Shown one piece after another: positions 59,607-64,000 of a DNA stretch of 64,000 bases (the stretch's first letter is position 1; every line of letters starts with the position of its first letter). This DNA comes from Myxococcota bacterium (GTDB taxonomy: Bacteria; Myxococcota_A; SURF-8). Where the stretch lies: the NCBI GenBank assembly GCA_963674735.2, contig CAXXQS010000002.1, positions 2,144,001-2,208,000 of the forward strand, written 5' to 3'. The translations under genes and the position numbers were made by a program. A model generated the notes under the pieces. It made no database searches. It had not been told where the DNA came from and worked only from the letters and a program-made list of their open reading frames with translations.

Positions 59607-61829
59607 TTAACCGACCGGCTGTAGGAAGCGTGCCACGATCTTTTTCATGGGCATGCCGGGAAATAAGACCGTACATTTGGCGTTGTCCCCGTTTCCCTCC
59701 ACCAAAGCGACTTTTCCCACCCCGTAGGAAGGATGGAAAACCTTGATGCCGGGTTGGATCGGGGAACGCAGGGTGCCGGTCTCGGCGTCATAGGTGGGTT
59801 CGTAGGAGATTTCGTTGTAGCTGTCGCCAAAATCGTTCGAACCAGGCTGAGTGTCGCCGCTGAAATGCATGTGCGACTGTTGGATGGGCTGAGAGGCGAA
59901 GGAGCGGTCGTCCAGGTGCTCAGGCTCGATATCACTTAAGAAACGGCTGGGAAGGGTCACGCGTGTCGAGCCGAAAATCATGCGCGAACGAGCCAAGGTC
60001 AGGAAAAGGCGCTCGCGGGCGCGCGTGATTCCCACATAAGCCAGTCGCCGTTCCTCCTCGATACCTTCTTCAGAGTCCATCGAACGGGAATGGGGAAAAA
60101 GCTGTTCTTCCATGCCGGTTACGAAAACGACTGGGAATTCAAGGCCTTTGGCCGAATGGACGGTCATCATGGCCACCCGGTCATTGGTGTCGACGAACCC
60201 GTCTATGTCGGAAACCAGGGCGGCGCGCTCCAGAAAAGCGGCCAAGGTGGCTTCTTCTCCGTTGGACCGAACGAACTCCGTGACTTCATTGACCAATTCG
60301 TTAAGGTTGGCGATACGGTCGCGAGCTTGCTCGCTGTCTTCACGATTGAGCATCTCCCAATATCCGGTTGCTTCGATAATGTCGGGTGTCAGCTCGTCGA
60401 GCGGCAGGGTGCGGGAGGCGTCTTGCAGATCGTCGATCAAAGCCATGAAATCCTGGATCTTTTTAGCCGGACCTTTGCCGAACAGTTTGGCTGCCAAAGA
60501 TGGTTTGATGGCTTCCCACAAGCTGAGGCTGTTTTCATGAGCGAAGCTGCGGATTTTACCGATGGATACGGTCCCAATGCCGCGTGCGGGGACATTGATG
60601 ATGCGCAGCAGGTTGACTTCGTCATCGGGGTTGTAGAGGAAGCGCAGGTAGGCCAGGATGTCTTTGATTTCCTTGCGTTCGTAGAATTTGAGACCGCCGA
60701 TGATGGTGTAGGGGACGCGAGTTTGCAGAAACTGCTGTTCGAGTGCACGTGATTGCGCGTTGGTGCGATAAAACACGGCAATATCGCGGTAATGCAGATT
60801 TTGACGGTGCAGACGGTCGATTTCGTCGGCTACGAACTGAGCCTCGCGATTTTCGGTTTCGGCGGCATAGACGACGACTTGCGATCCCGATTCCAGCTCG
60901 GTCCAGAGCTTTTTATCTTTGCGCTCGACATTGCGGCTGATGACGTTGTGCGCCACATTGAGAATCGTGGCGGTGGAACGATAATTCTGTTCCAGTTTGA
61001 TGACGCGCGTGTCGGGGTAATCATCCTCGAAATTTAGGATATTCGCGAGGTTGGCTCCCCGCCAGCGGTAGATGGATTGGTCGTCGTCACCCACCACGCA
61101 GATGTTCTGGTGATGGCGGGTTAAAAGGCGCAGCATGAGATATTGGGCTTTGTTGGTATCTTGGTATTCGTCCACCAGGATGTGTTTCCAGGTTTCGCTT
61201 TGCAGGGCGCACAGCTCTTCATCGGCTTGTAAAAGCTTGACCGTGAAAGCCAATAAGTCGTCGAAATCCAGCGAGTTCGCGTCTTTGAGGCGCGCTTGGT
61301 AAAGCTCGTAGATGCGAGCAACGGTATTGGCGAAGATGTTGTGGCCATCCACCGGCACCTGGGCCGGTTCGAGCAATTCCTGCTTGAACTGGCTGATTGT
61401 CCCCAAAACGGCTCTCGGGTTGAAACGGTCGGTTGCGATATTGAGGTCTTTCATGCAGTGACGCACGAGCGAGTGTTGGTCGTCGCTATCGTAGATGGTA
61501 AAGGTGGTTTTGTAGCCCAGAGCTTCAATGTGGGAACGTAGAAAGCGTGCGCAGACGGCGTGGAAGGTGCCGAGTTGCACCCCGGCGGAACGGTGACCTA
61601 AGATGTTTTCGACCCGTTCGCGCATCTCCTGGGCGGCTTTGTTGGTGAAGGTGACGGCCAGTACGTTGTATGGACGAACACCGAGTCGATCGAGTAGAAA
61701 GGCAATACGATGCGTAATGACTCGTGTTTTTCCGCTTCCCGCTCCGGCCAGAATAAGTAGTGGGCCCAAGCCGTGGGTGACGGCCTCGAACTGGGGCGGA
61801 TTGAGATTGTCGAGCAAGGGATCGGACAT
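59607..61829 (-). CDS. pcrA: ATP-dependent DNA helicase UvrD/PcrA
   Basis: AGAGSGKT, VDEYQDTN, GDDDQSIYRWRGA, LEQNYRS, HSAKGLEF and EERRLAYVGITRA motifs; Tudor-like tail. Confidence 0.95.
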   Translation of the reverse strand: MSDPLLDNLNPPQFEAVTHGLGPLLILAGAGSGKTRVITHRIAFLLDRLGVRPYNVLAVTFTNKAAQEMRERVENILGHRSAGVQLGTFHAVCARFLRSHIEALGYKTTFTIYDSDDQHSLVRHCMKDLNIATDRFNPRAVLGTISQFKQELLEPAQVPVDGHNIFANTVARIYELYQARLKDANSLDFDDLLAFTVKLLQADEELCALQSETWKHILVDEYQDTNKAQYLMLRLLTRHHQNICVVGDDDQSIYRWRGANLANILNFEDDYPDTRVIKLEQNYRSTATILNVAHNVISRNVERKDKKLWTELESGSQVVVYAAETENREAQFVADEIDRLHRQNLHYRDIAVFYRTNAQSRALEQQFLQTRVPYTIIGGLKFYERKEIKDILAYLRFLYNPDDEVNLLRIINVPARGIGTVSIGKIRSFAHENSLSLWEAIKPSLAAKLFGKGPAKKIQDFMALIDDLQDASRTLPLDELTPDIIEATGYWEMLNREDSEQARDRIANLNELVNEVTEFVRSNGEEATLAAFLERAALVSDIDGFVDTNDRVAMMTVHSAKGLEFPVVFVTGMEEQLFPHSRSMDSEEGIEEERRLAYVGITRARERLFLTLARSRMIFGSTRVTLPSRFLSDIEPEHLDDRSFASQPIQQSHMHFSGDTQPGSNDFGDSYNEISYEPTYDAETGTLRSPIQPGIKVFHPSYGVGKVALVEGNGDNAKCTVLFPGMPMKKIVARFLQPVG

Positions 61830-61936
61830 GCCACCTCCATGAAGAAGAATGTGGCATGGTTGTAGCGGATGGCGGCCCGGGAGTCAATGCCGGATTCGGG
61901 GTTTCCGTTTCTTTGCCTCCGCGAGCCGCCCGTTTT

Positions 61937-63385
61937 TCAGCGTCCGGCCAGCTTGTCCTTCACCTGCTTACGCAGTTTAAGGAAGGCGACTCCCGCTTTG
62001 GTCGCGAGGTCGTCGGCCTGCTCGGCGTCGAGGTCGGGCATGAGTCCCTCGGGTCCGTAGAGATCCGTCATCATCTTGAGCACGTTTTTTCGGATCATGC
62101 TGCGTAATGGAATGTGCGCAATCATGCCGTACATGGCGGCGTTGCCCGACGTGGCCATTTCGGGATGCTGACGCACGAAATTCACTGCTTCCCGCAGGTC
62201 TTCCAGGTAGCGGTCGGTGGCTTGGGCGTGGTGGGGGGTGACCATGGCGTGCAGGCATTCAGGTTTCTGTTGACGATCGATGTGCCAGCCCTTGGTCTCC
62301 ATCCGGTCGCCGACGGCGTAGATGTTGAGAGCCGGATCGGTGGCCTGATAGGCGAAAACACTCATATGCGGGTTTCCCAGCACGGCGAGACCCGGGATGG
62401 CGTTGACGCCGTCCATGAGCTTGCGCGTGGTGTCCATGATAAGCTTGGCGCGTTCCATATAGCCGCTTTGTCCCATGGCCTGCATGGCTGCCCAAGCCGC
62501 GGCAATGGAACCGCCGGGACGCGTGCCCAGCAACGCCGGTGAGGCAAAGATGCCGCCGGGCCAGTTTTCGTAGACGAACAACTGATGCTTCATGATGTCC
62601 ATGCTGCGGTAGAGAATGGTAGACGCCCCCTTTGCGGCATATCCGTATTTGTGCACATCCGCCGAGATGGATTGTACGCCCGGTACGCGGAAATCGAAGG
62701 CGGGAATCGGGTAGCCCAGCTTTTCTACGAAGGGTAGCAGGAACCCGCCGAGGCAGGAATCGACATGCAACGGCAGTTTCTTTTTCTGCGCCAGGCGGCC
62801 CAGTTCTTCGATGGGGTCGACCACACCGTGGGGATAAGAAGGCGCAGAGCCGACGATCAGGACGGTGTTGCGGTTGATCAGCCGTTTTACCGCTTTGACG
62901 TTGACGCGGAAGTCGGGGCCCAGGGGGGCGTGTACGGCTTTGACACCGAAATACTCGGCGGCTTTCTCGAAAGCCACGTGGATCGAGTCGGGGACGATCA
63001 TTTCGGGATGTCGTATCCAGGGACGTTTGGCGCGTGCCAGGTCGCGGTAGGTTTTTACTGCCAGCAGGCAGCTTTCCGTCCCGCCGGAGGTCATGACGCC
63101 GACGGTTTGCGAGTCGCCGTGCAGCATGTTCGCGGTCATGCTCACCACGTCGTTCTCGAAGCGCTTGAGGCTTTTAAACGCCATGGGATTGAGGCCGTTT
63201 TCGCTGAAATAGGTGCCGTAGGCGGTTTTCAGGAAATCCGTGTATTCTTCGCCGAGGTAGTAGACCAGGCTCCAGGTTTTGCCGTCCTTGTAGTTCGGAT
63301 CTTCATTGCGGAATCCGTTCATTTCTTCCAAAATTTCGTCGTGGGAGCGGCCGTTTGCCGGAATACTCAACCGGGGGGTCGTCAT
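61937..63385 (-). CDS. Sphingosine-1-phosphate lyase-like PLP-dependent enzyme
   Basis: TSGGTESCLLA, HVAFEKAA, GSAPSYPHGVVDPI, HVDSCLGGF, SADVHKYGYAAKG and GTRPGG motifs. Confidence 0.82.
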   Translation of the reverse strand: MTTPRLSIPANGRSHDEILEEMNGFRNEDPNYKDGKTWSLVYYLGEEYTDFLKTAYGTYFSENGLNPMAFKSLKRFENDVVSMTANMLHGDSQTVGVMTSGGTESCLLAVKTYRDLARAKRPWIRHPEMIVPDSIHVAFEKAAEYFGVKAVHAPLGPDFRVNVKAVKRLINRNTVLIVGSAPSYPHGVVDPIEELGRLAQKKKLPLHVDSCLGGFLLPFVEKLGYPIPAFDFRVPGVQSISADVHKYGYAAKGASTILYRSMDIMKHQLFVYENWPGGIFASPALLGTRPGGSIAAAWAAMQAMGQSGYMERAKLIMDTTRKLMDGVNAIPGLAVLGNPHMSVFAYQATDPALNIYAVGDRMETKGWHIDRQQKPECLHAMVTPHHAQATDRYLEDLREAVNFVRQHPEMATSGNAAMYGMIAHIPLRSMIRKNVLKMMTDLYGPEGLMPDLDAEQADDLATKAGVAFLKLRKQVKDKLAGR

Positions 63386-63601
63386 ATCTGCCTCCTCTGC
63401 GTGACTGCCAATTTTCCGTTACTACCGTTTGAACCCCCAAGAAAATCAAAGGGATCGCCTTTTTCATTACCAATCAGGGCGAGGCTTGTCAATGAAAAAT
63501 GAGACTCCGTCGCAAAAGAACCGGCGTCTTACTGATTGCATTTTCGGCCGGATTGCGGTAATTCGTTCACAGTCGTTGGATTTTTTCAGATGAGGTGAAG
63601 G

Positions 63602-64000
63602 ATGGACGGCCTGCTTTTTGTTCTGTTTTTGTTGGTTCCGGCGTTTCTGTTTTTCGCTTTACTGACCGTTTGGTTGATCGGTCGTTTCTATCATGTACCC
63701 TATCATGCAGACGCGTTGTATTGGGCTACGACGGCAGATGGCTGGAAATTGGCTTTGCACCGCCGCATTCCAGAGACGCGGCGCTTCAAACAGCCGGTGA
63801 TTTTGTGTCATGGTTTGGGTGCCAACCGTTTCAACCTGGACTTTCCAGGGCATTCGCTGGCGGAATATCTTAACCGCGAGGGTTTCGATGTCTGGGTTTG
63901 CGAACTGCGTGGTGCAGGCTATTCTTCGACGCCGGCTCCTTTTAGCCGCTACCGTTACGATTGGAACTTCGATACCTTGGTGCGCCGCGATATCCCCGCT
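63602..64000 (+). CDS. Membrane-anchored alpha/beta hydrolase (lipase-like), 3' end outside window
   Basis: Manually translated, absent from the ORF track: MDGLLFVLF..TADGWKLALHR..PVILCHGLGANRFNLD..GFDVWVCELRGAG..WNFDTLVRRDIPA. Confidence 0.85.
   Translation, partial: MDGLLFVLFLLVPAFLFFALLTVWLIGRFYHVPYHADALYWATTADGWKLALHRRIPETRRFKQPVILCHGLGANRFNLDFPGHSLAEYLNREGFDVWVCELRGAGYSSTPAPFSRYRYDWNFDTLVRRDIPA

Noticed and set aside
63595-63873. 92-aa ORF listed at the window end
   Set aside because: Wrong frame; the frame starting at ATG 63602 gives a clear alpha/beta hydrolase running off the window.

Overview
High-GC bacterial chromosomal segment, most consistent with a Myxococcota/deltaproteobacterium-like organism (MYXO-CTERM-like tails, Cys-rich surface proteins, deltaproteobacterial gene orders). 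It is mostly housekeeping: proBA, argR, yceD-rpmF-rpiB-nrdR-ribD-ribE-ribBA, tRNA-Ser(GCT), pckA, sufCBD-Rieske-sufS, mutS2, a tetraheme cytochrome c with System II maturation genes, engB, rimI, pyrKD, trxB, trkHA, an aspartate aminotransferase, coaD, rsmD and uvrD/pcrA. I saw no mobile element or CRISPR array. The most notable items are: (i) a ~2880-aa lipoprotein with six Ig-like domains, ~31 tandem 8-Cys/2-His repeats and a Gly-rich tip; (ii) four exported proteins sharing acidic DGD linkers and small Cys modules, two with MYXO-CTERM-like anchors; (iii) a stand-alone half of EPSP synthase lacking its catalytic motifs; (iv) a stand-alone condensation-domain gene paired with an ATC-hydrolase-family gene; (v) absence of the usual plsX/fab/acpP block after rpmF, in a window that also carries a sphingosine-1-phosphate lyase-like gene and a lipase-like gene. 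All family calls are by-eye motif recognition; no searches were run.
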